Assembly: GCA_023954155.1 (NCBI GenBank)
Contig: JAMLIO010000004.1
Span: 436-64,435 of the forward strand
Source of the DNA: Pseudobdellovibrionaceae bacterium
GTDB lineage: Bacteria > Bdellovibrionota > Bdellovibrionia > Bdellovibrionales > UBA1609
Reading direction: 5' to 3'
Length of the DNA stretch: 64,000 nucleotides
Part shown: positions 63,844-64,000 of the stretch, piece after piece
How the letters are laid out: each line of letters opens with the position of its first letter
Numbering within the stretch: position 1 is the first letter of the stretch
The notes under the pieces: model-generated
Database searches by the model: none
Told to the model about the DNA's origin: nothing
The model's input: the letters and a program-made list of their open reading frames with translations, nothing else
Position numbers and translations under genes: made by a program

Positions 63844-64000
63844 ATGAAACCTTTTTTAATTGCTCCCAGTATTTTGTCTTCAGACTTTTCCAAGTTAGGT
63901 GAAGAAGTTCAGAACGTTTTACATGCAGGTGCGGATTGGATTCATGTGGATGTGATGGATGGGCACTTTGTTCCTAATTTGACGATTGGGGCCCCTGTGG
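63844..64000 (+). CDS. rpe: Ribulose-phosphate 3-epimerase (5' part; continues beyond the window)
   Basis: [22 protein letters not shown]...[16 protein letters not shown]. Confidence 0.88.
   Translation, partial: MKPFLIAPSILSSDFSKLGEEVQNVLHAGADWIHVDVMDGHFVPNLTIGAPV

Overview
AT-rich Gram-negative chromosome segment, annotated by eye with no searches run. LptF/G, an LpxL-type acyltransferase and lipoprotein signals support the Gram-negative call. Taxon cannot be determined from the window; the gene content is at least compatible with a Bdellovibrio-like predator, but that is a hunch.

Layout:
- 1-~255: a GC-rich fragment encoding, on the minus strand, the 5' end of a Hanks-type Ser/Thr kinase. 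It ends abruptly against AT-rich DNA.
- 488-13462: the S10-spc-alpha ribosomal protein cluster (rpsJ to rplQ, with secY, adk, rpmJ, rpoA). rplX, rpsN, infA/map and rpsD are conspicuously absent.
- 13.6-17.3 kb: a thiol-disulfide oxidoreductase and an uncharacterised outer-membrane-associated gene pair.
- 17579-17655: tRNA-Arg(TCT). It is followed by a visibly more AT-rich surface-polysaccharide island (17.7-30.9 kb) holding a neuB-neuC-neuA-pyruvyltransferase operon, a Bcs1-like CDP-ribitol synthase fusion, a TagF-like phosphotransferase and LicD.
- 31.1-34.8 kb: a small toxin-antitoxin islet with a truncated brnT plus brnA, a DUF4143-type ATPase and XRE + AbiEii.
- 35-51.5 kb: housekeeping genes, including a 2-oxoacid:ferredoxin oxidoreductase, plsC, a cdsA-like gene, serA, a GlcD-like oxidase, an RR-HK-Hpt relay, grx/bolA and a 798-aa secreted protein.
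- 51.6-55 kb: an HNH gene followed by archaeal-type topoisomerase VI B and A subunits.
- 55-64 kb: an SLT-domain lipoprotein, birA, nadC, a REC protein, an lptF/G permease, def, fmt and the start of rpe.

Most interesting unexplained signal: three very long nested palindromic intergenic elements at 43325-43672, 57199-57357 and 62023-62246.
- The second and third share a 70-nt core (66/70 identical) in opposite orientations.
- That core is flanked by locus-specific but internally perfect 42-bp arms, and one base pair of the core hairpin shows a compensatory change between copies.
- The first element has exact 100-bp arms that include the last 13 codons of serA.

No rRNA, CRISPR array, transposase or integrase was seen.
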